Under the pieces are notes generated by a model. It had not been told where the DNA came from and did not search any database. It worked only from the letters and a program-made list of their open reading frames with translations. The position numbers and the translations under genes were made by a program. DNA of 63,270 nucleotides, the filler included, from Octopus bimaculoides (taxonomy: Eukaryota): NCBI RefSeq assembly GCF_001194135.2. It is 10 parts of 9 records of this genome, joined end to end, with 100 filler letters (N's around TTAATTAATTAA, not from the genome) between each part and the next. Parts side by side here need not be neighbours in the genome. Positions count along the whole stretch, not along the records: positions 18,308 to 41,584 come from NC_069002.1; 9 more parts are not named here. One strand, given 5' to 3'. Below are positions 24,759 to 36,946 of the stretch, one piece after another (positions within the stretch are counted from its first letter, which is position 1; every line of letters starts with the position of its first letter).

Positions 24759-25059
24759 ATATAATCTTAATCTAAACTACGGTTTACCAACCAGACTACT
24801 TGCTACCATACAACTTTACAAAGACTGTACCTTCGCAGGTAATAACCAGGAGCGACTTTGGATTTAATTATCTCTTAGAAGTATTAAACTCCCCTCTCCC
24901 TTCAGCCAGCATAAAGGCAGGATGAAACTGCTGTCTCTCTCCGTTCAGCTTCGTCTCATCACAGCGTTCAATATCTCATCGCGTTTGGCCCTACGGCCTT
25001 TAATCTTGTTTTCACTGTTTAATTTTTCCTGTCTTGGTTTGTGTTTGCTACCTTGGAAC

Positions 25060-25290
25060 CCTCTGTTTAGCAGGTTCATCCACTAAGCAGGAAGAGCTTT
25101 TCTAAGAGCGTGTTCTGTCTCATCTTCGAAACGCCTAGTTTAGAATAGAGGCAGCTGATGAAGGAAAAGTTCCATAGGTGGCTTGTCTGTTTTCCTATGT
25201 GTTCGTTCTGTTGTCTGTAAAAAAAAGTCCGTTTTTGTGCTTTATGTTCCCGTTCCTTTTTTGACATCCTGTACCCAGATATGCATCTAT
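25060..25290 (+). repeat. dispersed repeat family C abutting microsatellite; homologue at ~57710-57900
   Basis: Shared GGAAGA...TCTTCGAAACGCC...GGCAGCTGATGAAGGA...GTGGCTTG...GTACCCAG.TATG.ATC. Confidence 0.6.
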
Positions 25291-25363
25291 ATATATATGT
25301 AGATGTAGGTATGTATATATATGTATGTATACACGCATATGCTCATATATCATTTGTATTATC

Positions 25364-25405
<42 letters not shown>

Positions 25406-25430
25406 GGATAAGGTATATATATATATATAT

Positions 25431-25462
<32 letters not shown>

Positions 25463-25674
25463 GTACATGTATATATATATATATGTGTATATATACATAT
25501 ACATATATATATATGTACATGTATATATGTATATATATAGTCAATCAAACATTAAAAATAACATTCACACACACACGTACATACACACACACACACACAA
25601 ACACGCACGCACACATCTATATATATAGATATGAAATGATGATGAGGGGAAATGGAATTCACAAAACTATTCAG

Positions 25675-25782
25675 AATCACTACAAGCGTTTCGGCTCATC
25701 ATGCACTGGTACCTTACAGATAAGATCCTGCACAATTCACTTGTCATGCATCACAGGTGCAGATGCATCTCCTCAGGTGACT
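25675..25782 (-). ncRNA. type-I hammerhead ribozyme candidate with 77-nt stem II region
   Basis: Minus strand: AGTCAC-CTGAGGA-GATGCATCTGCAC...GTGCATGATGAGCC-GAAA-CGCTTG-TA/GTGATT. Confidence 0.68.
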
Positions 25783-26111
25783 TTTCAAAAAATACCTCGT
25801 TTTTGTATTTGCCAATTTTGCTTATTTCTATTTTTCTATTACAATACACTTTGGTGTAGCATTCTGTCTGTTTCCACAAGGAACGGAGACAGAATGAAAG
25901 AATCCTTCTCATCTAAGCTATAAGATAAAGAATACAAGAATAAAAGAATAAGGAATTGAAAAATAGAATAAAAGAAGATAAAATGAAATGGAATACACCA
26001 ATAAAAAGACACAAATAAAAATATAAAATATATTTGAGATGAGACATTTATGTAGACCTTTAGATTTTATCAAAGCAAATAAGTTAACACACATACACAC
26101 ACGAACACACA

Positions 26112-26160
<49 letters not shown>

Positions 26161-26933
26161 NNNNNNNNNNNNNNNNNNNNNNNNNNNNNNNNNNNNNNNN
26201 NNNNNNNNNNNNNNNNNNNNNNNNNNNNNNNNNNNNNNNNNNNNNNNNNNNNNNNNNNNNNNNNNNNNNNNNNNNNNNNNNNNNNNNNNNNNNNNNNNNN
26301 NNNNNNNNNNNNNNNNNNNNNNNNNNNNNNNNNNNNNNNNNNNNNNNNNNNNNNNNNNNNNNNNNNNNNNNNNNNNNNNNNNNNNNNNNNNNNNNNNNNN
26401 NNNNNNNNNNNNNNNNNNNNNNNNNNNNNNNNNNNNNNNNNNNNNNNNNNNNNNNNNNNNNNNNNNNNNNNNNNNNNNNNNNNNNNNNNNNNNNNNNNNN
26501 NNNNNNNNNNNNNNNNNNNNNNNNNNNNNNNNNNNNNNNNNNNNNNNNNNNNNNNNNNNNNNNNNNNNNNNNNNNNNNNNNNNNNNNNNNNNNNNNNNNN
26601 NNNNNNNNNNNNNNNNNNNNNNNNNNNNNNNNNNNNNNNNNNNNNNNNCTTTTGATTCTTCATGCTTCTCTGTCTGTCTGCTGTCCATTCTTGTTTTTTG
26701 AATTTGAAGTTAATTTATTACCACAGCACACAATCGTCCACCCGTATATACTGATATATACACACGTTGATACATATACATCCTGAAACACAATACCACA
26801 TATTGAGATGTAGATGAGGTAGACACATATGCTGTTGTATATACTCATTCATATATCTGTACATTCACATTCCAGCCAGCCAATATATTTTTATCCAATG
26901 GCACACAGTTATATACTAATGCATGCTTATATA

Positions 26934-27632
26934 CGAGGTCTGATCAATAAGTATCCAGGACTGTTGCCATAGTAATGAAGCTAAAGCATGCAGAGTGAAG
27001 CTGCTTGGCACAGATTGACCTTGAACTCTGCTGTGTATGTGCACTAAGTTTTAATGTTCTAGCTCACCTCCACTGTTTACAGCAGTGCTTGAAAGGAAGG
27101 TGTGTAGTGTGTGATTGTTGCATTGACAATGACAGAGAAAGTTGCCATGGCAATACCTGCTCAGAGGCAGACACAAAGTTGCAGAAAGTGTATGAAAAGG
27201 AGCGTGTGAACTGCGCACAAGTGCACAAGGGGTTCAAATGTTTCCAAGATGGCCGAAAAAATGTTGATATTGAGGAAAATTCTGGGAGACCCACAACCAG
27301 CAGAATTGAGAAAAACATCACAGATGTACATGCAGCTGTGAGGGGGAAATTGTCGAATCACCATCCATGAGTTATCGGAGGATGTGCAGATTAGTTACGG
27401 TTCAGTTCAGTCCATTATCACTGAAGATTTGGGTTTGAGACACGTGTCTATCAAGTTTGTGCCAAAACTGTCTTCAGTTGACCAATAAGACACTCGGGTT
27501 TGAGTTGCACAAGATCTCGTTGATTGCATTGAGAACAATAAAAACTTTTTGAAAATTTTGTGTAGGTCTTTGAGCAGGTATCACCAAGTTTTTGGTAAAA
27601 CTTGATGCAGATTCTCTGCTCAACTTCCTCTG

Positions 27633-27636
<4 letters not shown>
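26934..27636 (+). mobile_element. mariner 5' half with an inverted copy of its own start region
   Basis: Left TIR-like TA-CGAGGTCTGATCAATAAGTATCCAGGACT; transposase remnant KVYEKERVNCAQVHKGFKCFQDGRKNV...SGRPTTS...EDLGLRHVSIKFVPK. Minus-strand MTEEVEQRICIKFYQKLGDTCS at ~27556-27636. Confidence 0.85.
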
Positions 27637-27681
<45 letters not shown>

Positions 27682-27685
27682 TATA

Positions 27686-28950
27686 CAGGGTAGGAAAATT
27701 ATAGAAATTTTTCTACCAGTGGCCTAGCATGTATAAAATAGTCAATAGACACTGTATTTTTCATATAAAAGTAGTGTACATTTAAACACAAAAGAGGTGA
27801 CCCTAACAGGACACCTTACATGCTAGAAGGAACAGTCAAAATCCAAACCATGGTTAGGGGTAATTTCGAAGGAAATGAAAAATAAAACATTTATCATATT
27901 TTGTTATTGGGCCATGGTTTCGAACTTTAATTAACAAGCAAAACAATTTGCGACGTTCTCATCAGCGGGTGCACCAAACATTAACATGTAATTATGAGAC
28001 AAAATAGCACATGTCGTATCTTTATATATAATAATTTTTCAAATATACCGCACAAGTGCAGTTTTAGTCTCCCTGGAAAATGTTCATTCAGAAAATCACA
28101 AGCCCGTAATGCATAATGGGGTGTAGCCCCATTCTGCTGAAACCAGACAAGATTTCCCCTTCCAAGTGAATGCACGTGAGGCATCATCGTGTTGCCAAGC
28201 ATGTCCAGATATGAATCACCTGCCAAAGAACCCTCAGATGGTCCAATTACCTGATTGTGCCACATCCCACACCACCCCATTACCTTGCCCCCCGCCTTGC
28301 TGATTATCTGCCGCCATCCAATAAGGATTGGTTTGTGAGTAATATCAGCAGTTGTGAAAAGAGATTAACAAAACGAATATTAGCAATTAATATATATTGC
28401 AGGATGGTGCGTGACTTTATGGCCACCTGGAACAGATACACATACCCACCTGTGCAAATATATTGGAGATCGACCAAAAGCGATAATCTGAAGGCACATT
28501 ATCAGAAGAATATAGTGGGTGCAATCAAGGTTCCCTATCAGGCTCTCAAATACCATTTTTGGTCAAATAAGTAACAATGGGGACAGCTTTGGGTTGTCAA
28601 TCAAGTTGGAAGTTTATGGGCAATCCCATCAGCTGGCTCATCAGCATCCCATCTGCTGGGCCAATTCCTCAGCAAATTTGAGCAAATTCTTGTGGATGAA
28701 CTCATTCAATCAATTTGTATTGAACTAAACAACAGCCAGAACAGAGAGAGTCTGAGAGGATTCATTTTCTCTACTTGAAGCATGAAAACTATTTTTGCAC
28801 AATTCTTTAAGTAATGGTGCCTTCTCCACACACAGCACAAATGTCTCAAGCAGCTTTGGTAACTTTGGAACTGTGATTGAAAGTGAAGAGGAGCAGGTGT
28901 TGAAAATGTTCAATTTTTTGTCTTCTATTTGTTATTCCATTGTCATATAT
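27686..28950 (-). mobile_element. degraded Tc1/mariner-superfamily transposase (same broad type as 20750-21617)
   Basis: Minus-strand motifs HNC*YYSQTNPYW, KVMGWCGMW..QVIGP, YLDML, VWFQQNGATPHYA...FLNEHFPGR. Terminus TA-CAGGGTAGG at 27686; right boundary uncertain. Confidence 0.65.
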
Positions 28951-29202
28951 GTCTGCAAAGAGATAAGATTTATTTGAATTTCAAAAGCGATCGAAAAAAG
29001 TTGTAGAGAAAGGATGGGGTTATGGAAAAAAAAAATAAAACATAATAAAGCTGTATGAACGAAAAATGTTCTTTGTGTTTGTTGAAATGACATGGAAAAG
29101 AAGCAAGTAACTTTATCTGTCAATTAAATATGTACACACACACATACATACACATACATACACACACATGCACACAAACACACACATATGCACACATACT
29201 CT

Positions 29203-29775
29203 CAGGTATAGCAGTGTGGTTAGAAGTTTGCTTTCCAACCACAGGGTTCCAGGTTCAATCCCACTGCAAGGTACTTTGGTCAGGTGTCTTCTACTACAGC
29301 CCCAAGCAGACCTAAGCCTTGAGAAAGGATTTGGTAGGTAGAAACTGAAAGAAGCCCATTGTGTGTATGTGTGTGTGTATGTTTGTGAAGTAGGGGGAGG
29401 TCTTTGCGTCTGTGTTTGTTCCCCATCACCGCTTGACAACTGGTGTTGTACCCATAATTTAGTGGTTCAGTAAAAGACACTGAGAGAATAAGTAACAGGC
29501 TTAAAAAGACCAAGTACTTGGGCTCCATTCATTTGGCTAAAAATAATTCTTTGAGGCAGCATCACAGAATGGTAGCAGTCATGTGAGTGAAACAAAACAT
29601 GAAAGATATATATATATAGGAGTGGTTGTGTGGTAAGTAGCTTGCTTACCAGCCATGTGGTTCTGGTTTCAGTCCCACTGCAAGGCACCTTGGGCAAATG
29701 TCTTCTACTATAGCCTCAGGCCGACCAAAGCCTTGTGAGTGGATTCGGTAGACGGAAACTGAAAGAAGCCTATTG

Positions 29776-29817
<42 letters not shown>

Positions 29818-30474
29818 TGTATGTGTGTTTGTCCCCCCACCATCACTTGACAATTGATGTTGGTGTGTTCACATCCCTGTAACTTAGCAGTTCGGCAAAA
29901 GTGACCGATGGAGCAAGTACTAGGCTTACAAAGAATAAGTCCTGGGATCGATTTGTTTGACTAAAGGCAGTGCTTCAGCATGGCCACAGTCAAATGACTG
30001 AAACAAGTAAAAAAAGAAAAGAAAAGAAAAAAAGAAAGAATATATATGTGTGTGTGTGTGTGTGCATGTTTGTGTGTGCATATATATGTGTATACATACA
30101 TATATATAAAGATTTATATACAAATGTATATCACATGTTTTTTCCAAATTTCATCAACTGAATCCATTCACAAAGCCTTGATAATCCTGGGATTATAGCA
30201 AAAGTCCCATGCCCAAGGTGTCAGGCAGTGAGACTGAACCTAAGACCACTTAAGTAAGCTTCTCCAACCACACACTATATATATATAGACACACACACAT
30301 GCATGCACACACACACACACATACACACACACACACATAGGCACAGGCATGGCTGTGTGGTAAGAAGCTTGCTTCCCAACCACATAGTTCCAGGTTCAGG
30401 CCAACTAAGGCCTTGCAAGTAGATTTGGTAAATGGAAACTGAAAGAAGCCCATATATATATGTGTGTGCGTATG

Positions 30475-30537
<63 letters not shown>

Positions 30538-30783
30538 GTATGTATATCTGTTTATATATGTATATGTGTATGTGTCTGTTCCCACCCCCATCACCGTTTG
30601 ACAACTGGTATTGGTACGTTTACATCCCCATAACCTAGCGGTTCAGCAAAAACAAGACCGACGAAATAAGTACGAGGTGTTAAAAAAAAAAAAAATGAGT
30701 CCTTGGGTCAATTTGTTGATCTAAAGCTCTTGAAGGTGGTGCTCCAGCATGGCCACAGTCAAATGACTGAAACAAGTAAAAGA

Positions 30784-30824
<41 letters not shown>

Positions 30825-32266
30825 TGTGTGTGTGAGTGTGTGTGTGAGTGTTTCTCTGGTGCATTCAGTGTAACATAAGTGATTCGACTATCTCTTATAA
30901 TTCTTCTGAAGAATCAATATTGATTGGAATGGCTGTTATTGTCCAGAGTTATTAAACGGTAAAGGTTTTGTCATTCTTTGATGTTTCTTGATGCCATTTA
31001 ATCACAGAAGGGAACCAAGATGACAGGAAGCATTTAAAGAAAACGTGTTGCAACTTTTCTCCATATAAAGAATTCAGGCAAATCATAATTGCATCATCTT
31101 GGAGAAGGATTCCCACCCAACGTTCTTACTAACAATGACTTGATCTGGACAATCTCCTGGGTGACACACTCTTTGAGTAGTATTTCTACACTGAAACACA
31201 TTCTGAAAAACACACACATAAACACATACATGGTGTGGGCTTGGCTGTGTGGTTAAGCATCGCACTTTGCAAATGTATGGTTCTCAGTTCAGTTCCACTG
31301 TCTGGCACCTTGGGCAAGTATTTTCTACAATAGCTCAAGCTAGCCAAGATCTTGTGAGTGAATTTGGTAGACTGAAACTGTGGGGAAGCCCATTGTGCAT
31401 ATATATATATATATACTGTACCTGTATTTCAAAGGGGCCAGACTTGCCACACTCTGTGTCATGCTGAATCTCCCCGAGAACTACATTAAGGGTACATGTA
31501 TCTGTGGAGAGCTCAGCTACTTGCACGTTAATAAATGAGCTGCGACATCACTGGTGCCAAGCTGTATTGGCCCCTTTGCCTTTCCCTTGGATAACATCAG
31601 TGGTGTGGAGAGGAGGGGAGGCTGGTATGCATGGGTGACTGCTGGTCTTCCATAAACAACCTTGCTCAGACTTGTGCCTGAGAGGGTAATATTCTAGGTG
31701 CAATCCCATGGTCATTCATGACCGAAGAGGGTCACAACAATATATATATATATATAAATTTAAATTAAGCAGAAAATGGAGAAAGCTTGATCAATAACAA
31801 TTAACTAACATCAATTATTTTGTATTAAAAAATAATAATCGATGCTGATCAATATTTCTCCATTTTCTGTTTACTTTAAATTTGATTCCTGATAAACTCA
31901 TGTTTATCTTTGTCTTTGCCTGTATCCCATGAACATAATATGCTTGCATATGTATGTCCAGGGCTAACATTTTTATGCCTTAGACAAGTTATTCCAGCCT
32001 CTAACTCTACTAACCTTATATATGTGTTCTTGTGTTCTTTCATTTGTTCCAGTCATTTGATTGCAGCCATGCTGGAGCACCACTTTTAAGGGATTTTAGT
32101 CAAAGAAATTGACCACCCCCACCCCTGATTTATTCTTTGTAAGCCTAGTACTTATTCTATCAGTCTTTTGCCGAACTACTAAGTTATGATGACATAAACA
32201 CATCAACATCGGTTGTCAAGTGATGGTGGGGGAACAAACTCAGACACAAAGGTGCACACACACACA

Positions 32267-32306
<40 letters not shown>

Positions 32307-32462
32307 AAACAGGCTTCTTTCAGTTTCTGTCTACTAAATCCACTCACAAGGCTTTGGTCAGCGCCAAGGTTATAAGTAAAAGACACTTGCCCAAGGTGCC
32401 ACACAGTGGAACTGAACCTGGAACCATGTGGTTGAGAAGCAAGCTACTTACCACACAGCCAT
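29203..32462. mobile_element. cluster of tRNA-derived SINEs with central (TG)n
   Basis: Copies at ~29203-29605(+), 29619-30012(+), 30160-30275(-), 30345-30783(+), 31233-31395(+) and 32040-32462(-); shared head (TGTGTGGTAAG.AGCTTGCTT.CCAACCA) and CCTTGGGCAA/GGAAACTGAAAGAAGCC motifs. Confidence 0.85.
31756..31883. repeat. short foldback (~39-bp inverted arms) abutting (TA)n
   Basis: AAATTTAAATTAAGCAGAAAATGGAGAAAGCTTGATCA vs rc AAATTTAAAGTAAACAGAAAATGGAGAAATATTGATCA. Confidence 0.75.
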
Positions 32463-32596
32463 GTTTGTTTTTATGTTCAGTTTTAATAAACAGAATTTTA
32501 CATTAATCTGATGGGTTATTCTGTACTTTTGTAGAGTAAAAATTTCTGTACTTTGGTTACTTTGTAGAGTAAAAATTTCAAGCAGTGACCTAAATG

Positions 32597-32642
<46 letters not shown>

Positions 32643-32643
<1 letters not shown>

Positions 32644-33192
32644 GACGATAGTACCAGACAGTGGTTCTCATGGCTTCTTATCATAACTGATTGGAAGTGT
32701 TATAATGTACATTGTTTTGTCTTGGTGTAAAAGATGGGCTACAGCAAATATTCTGCTTAATACCACAGATTTGCTTGTCAGTTGTTTGACCTTAACCAGT
32801 TGAGCATGCCCCTTAATGGCTGCTGATATGTGCATCTCTGATCAGGAGCAGAAGTAGTAGGGGAGCATCATAGCCATGTGTTGAGAGGAATCATTTGGGG
32901 TTTGGATAATTCACCTTTGGAAACATGGGTGTTTTGCTCAACATCCTTAAACAAACCTTATTCAGGGACCTTTTGAGCGGGATGGGCTACTCAACCTGAA
33001 GAAAATTCTAACTGGGCCCCACCTGCAAGGTCATGCGCTGTTTATCTTGATATGAGATCACCATGTCATGCACATATGGTTGTGATGCATGTGCCTGGTG
33101 TACCCTTATCAGACAGGTAGTCATGATGGGTATAATGGGCTTCGTATATTTTACCCCAGTGTCACTTTGATGGCATGCCCTGCTCTCTCACT
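32643..33192 (+). mobile_element. probable non-LTR retroelement 3' fragment inserted in an (AAT)n tract
   Basis: ~550-bp complex sequence bounded on both sides by (AAT)n; no coding motif recognised. Confidence 0.5.
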
Positions 33193-33203
33193 CAATAATA
33201 ATG

Positions 33204-33240
<37 letters not shown>

Positions 33241-33464
33241 TAATAATAATAATATGAAGAAGAAGAAGAAGAAGAAGAAGAAAAGAAGAAGAAAAATTTA
33301 TTATTCTTAAACAAGAATGTTGTTGATGATAGTGACCTCAAAATTTTGGCCAGCAAAGCCATCATTGAACTGCCCAACTGTGGCTTAGCTGACCTAAACT
33401 TTGAAGTCACTGTCAGCAACATTCTTGTACAAGAATAATATATATATATCATCAACATCATCAT

Positions 33465-33770
33465 CATCATCATCATTGTTTAACGTTCACCTTCCGTGCT
33501 GGCATGGGTGGAAGGGTTTGACAGGAACCGGTCAGGCAGAAGCCTGCACCAGACTTCTGTAATTGTTATGGCAGCATTTTTACAGCTGGATGCCCTTCCT
33601 AACACCCAGCAGAATTGACTTAGTGCGTTTTACGTGAGACAAGCACAGGCAAGGTCAGTTTTGGTAAGGTTTTTACAGCTGGATGCCCTTCCAAATGCCA
33701 ACCACTTTACAGTGTGGACTGGTTGCTTTTTAAGTGGCACCTGTACTGACAGGGTCATCAAGCACTTGCA
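33465..33770 (-). mobile_element. RTE-tail SINE/LINE 3' end with internal duplication
   Basis: (CAT)n-GTTTAACGTTC...GCATGGG; TTTTACAGCTGGATGCCCTTCC occurs twice. Confidence 0.75.
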
Positions 33771-34074
33771 AAACAAAAGAAATACACACACACACACATA
33801 TAATTATAAATAAGGGCAAAAAGAAAAAAACTTTCCTTTTGCCCTTATTTATAATTGCATTTATAATTTTCACCTTGAAAGGTATTTTCCATATGCTGGC
33901 CACAGATAAAATTTCTTTATAAAATTTTATCCTTATATTAGAAACATATATATATATGTGTGTGTGTGTGTGTGGAGAGAGAGAGGGGGAGAGAGAGAGA
34001 GAAAGAGAGATAGAGAGAGAGAGAGAGAGAGAAAGAAAGAGAAAGAGAGAGAAAATTAAATGTATAGATATACA

Positions 34075-34500
34075 TTTATGTCAAGACCCTGAAAGTTGCC
34101 CACTTGACCAGACATGTATGATAAACTCTGTTATATATGAGGTCGAAAGACAAATCAAGTGAAAAGAAGAATTACTTCAGGTTATGTGAGGGCAAATTCA
34201 AGAGACGCTATGCAAACCACCCATTTTCTTTCCAGCACATTGATGAAATTAATGCAACTAGATTGGCCAGCCATGTATGGAATTTGAAGATCAGTTCCAC
34301 ACCATATGCAGTTAAGTGGAGAATAATGGAGAAATCCAAGCCATATGTTAATGGATCTAAGAAATACTATTTATGCATAGCATAAAGATCCTATATTCTT
34401 CTTTTTGATCCAGCAATTCCAATACACTGCTTAATTCCAGATCTGAAATATTTAACAGGTTTAGACACATGGACAAGTTTCTTTTAGAGAATCGGAGGGC
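34075..34500 (+). mobile_element. Penelope-like element GIY-YIG endonuclease remnant
   Basis: CPLDQTC..SVIYEV...NYFRLCEGKFKRRYANH.FSF....NATRLASHVWNLK.....VKWRIMEKSKPYVNGSKK..LCIA matches the PLE GIY-YIG C-terminal pattern. Confidence 0.85.
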
Positions 34501-34746
34501 ATCATCCACTCCAGATTGAGTTGTTGTCTTGCAGACTTTGACATATTTTCTGTTTTATTTTGTTCTGTAACAGTTGTATTTAATGAGCTTTCTGCAATCA
34601 GTGAGGACAAAGATCATAGTTTCCTTGATTTTGTTTCTGTTTCCTCATTCCATTTTTTGCCCCAAACTGCTTCACGTTTTCTCACGTTTTTTTCTTATTT
34701 TCTTACAGTCCAACATCCTTGTTTTTAAAATATATATAACACATAA

Positions 34747-34840
34747 AAAGAGCCTGAAAGATTGCTCTAAGATACAGGGCATATTTTATAAAGATGCCTG
34801 TTCAAGTATCATAATAGCATGAAACTATTAGTAGCTCTTT
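34747..34840 (+). ncRNA. type-I hammerhead ribozyme candidate with 59-nt stem II region
   Basis: AAAGAGC-CTGAAAGA-TTGC...GCAT-GAAA-CTATTAG-TA/GCTCTTT; perfect 7-bp stem I, one extra A in the core. Confidence 0.65.
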
Positions 34841-35639
34841 CAGTTGTGTATTTAAATTGATATTTATCTCTCACTGGATGCAGTACTTTTATTGGATCTA
34901 TTGGATCATTACATNNNNNNNNNNNNNNNNNNNNNNNNNNNNNNNNNNNNNNNNNNNNNNNNNNNNNNNNNNNNNNNNNNNNNNNNNNNNNNNNNNNNNN
35001 NNNNNNNNNNNNNNNNNNNNNNNNNNNNNNNNNNNNNNNNNNNNNNNNNNNNNNNNNNNNNNNNNNNNNNNNNNNNNNNNNNNNNNNNNNNNNNNNNNNN
35101 NNNNNNNNNNNNNNNNNNNNNNNNNNNNNNNNNNNNNNNNNNNNNNNNNNNNNNNNNNNNNNNNNNNNNNNNNNNNNNNNNNNNNNNNNNNNNNNNNNNN
35201 NNNNNNNNNNNNNNNNNNNNNNNNNNNNNNNNNNNNNNNNNNNNNNNNNNNNNNNNNNNNNNNNNNNNNNNNNNNNNNNNNNNNNNNNNNNNNNNNNNNN
35301 NNNNNNNNNNNNNNNNNNNNNNNNNNNNNNNNNNNNNNNNNNNNNNNNNNNNNNNNNNNNNNNNNNNNNNNNNNNNNNNNNNNNNNNNNNNNNNNNNNNN
35401 NNNNNNNNNNNNNNNNNNNNNNNNNNNNNNNNNNNNNNNNNNNNNNNNNNNNNNNNNNNNNNNNNNNNNNNNNNNNNNNNNNNNNNNNNNNNNNNNNNNN
35501 NNNNNNNNNNNNNNNNNNNNNNNNNNNNNNNNNNNNNNNNNNNNNNNNNNNNNNNNNNNNNNNNNNNNNNNNNNNNNNNNNNNNNNNNNNNNNNNNNNNN
35601 NNNNNNNNNNNNNNNNNNTATATATATATATATATGCAT

Positions 35640-36545
35640 TACCATTGGGAGTTTACGGCCCTCTATCCTGAAACATGTCCTGACATGGTGGCCAGAGGTT
35701 GTGATACAGATATGTGCTGAAGAGACATAGGAAGAACTCCAGTAATTCCCCAGGCATCTAGGAGGAGAAGGCCCTGTGTTGTGTTGAATGGCACTGATCA
35801 CTGGAGCTCATACTTCCAGCCATTCAAGAGAAACAACAGAGAGAATATGAAAGATCACATGAGAGGCATCACTTCACCTGCAGCAAATGTCATTGCTGCC
35901 GGAGGTCAAGAGTAGGCTATGTAGTCCGTAGGCGAGTCTGCTAGTTTTCTTGTGTAGCAGACATGTTGGGTCTCAAGATCAACACTTTGAAGTCTGAGCT
36001 GCTCCACCAGCTTTCACCAAAATGTTACAAGAGATCGAGAGAGCTTGCATCAGTGGTTCTACATGAAGGCCTTTACCTATCTCAAGAGTGCAGTGAGTTA
36101 TACTAACTCTTCTTACCTTAAAGTTGAGAGGTGAACACACTTGAACACGTAGGCTTTTGGCTCTCTCAAGAAGTGTTTATGGAGCTGCCATGACACTGTT
36201 TGCTGCCATGACAGTGCTCCCTTGCCTCCTCTATGCCACAGAATGCAAGGCCCTCTTCTGCTGGTACATGAAGGCCCTGACTTCGTTATCTGCACTCTAT
36301 CTTGCATATCAGATGATGGGGTCGCATTTCTGATGTAGAGGTCATGCGCTGCACTGGCACAGTTAGTGTGGAGGCCTTCATTAGCTCATTGCAGCTGTAC
36401 TGGGTGGAACATGTTTGTAGGATGGAGGGTGACAGGCTCCCAAGAGCAGTGTTCTTTGTTGATCTGTGTCAGGGCAGGTGGAGCTGTTGTGACCAGAGGT
36501 TGCAATACGGCAATGTGCTGAAGCGACATATGAAGAACTGTCTGG
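35640..36545 (+). mobile_element. two degraded RTE-type LINE fragments in tandem
   Basis: ~35640-35945 carries GGQRL*YRYVLKRH and the FTCSKCHCCRRSRVG zinc knuckle. ~35960-36545 carries LGLKINT, LPCLLYATEC, LQLYWVEHVCRMEGDRLPRAVF and QRLQYGNVLKRHMK. Confidence 0.75.
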
Positions 36546-36721
36546 CACCTCCCCAGAGATTTTATGACAGTAAACTGCATGTTAATCCTGTGTGTGTGTG
36601 AAATCTGTGCAGTTTTCTTATGCAGTATCATGCTGGGACAGATACGGCCAGTGACTAAACTTGGGATTAAAAATGTGGTATGTAAAAGATAAATTATTTT
36701 GATGCAAAATTTCTGTCAACA

Positions 36722-36946
36722 TTTCTTATTTCTTTGTTGCCCACAGGGGGCTAAACATAGAGGGGACAAACAAGGACAGACAAAGGGATTAAGTTGATTA
36801 CATCGACCCCAGTGCATAACTGGTACTTAATTTATCGATCCCGAAAAGATGAAAGGCAAAGTCAACCTTGGCAGAATTTGAACTCAGAGCATAACAGCAG
36901 ATGAAAAACCACTCAGCATTTCAACCGGCGTGCTGCCAGCTTACCG
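36722..36946 (-). mobile_element. tRNA-derived SINE with Nin-like domain
   Basis: Reverse complement matches 62211-62442 (TTTGCCTTTCATCTTTTCGGGATCGATAAATTAAGTACCAG). Confidence 0.85.

Noticed and set aside
25085-25200. Family C repeat (also ~57720-57830) containing GAAAC and CTGATGAAGG
   Set aside because: Motifs are in the wrong order with no room for stem I, and no GAAA follows the CTGATGA; kept only as a repeat.
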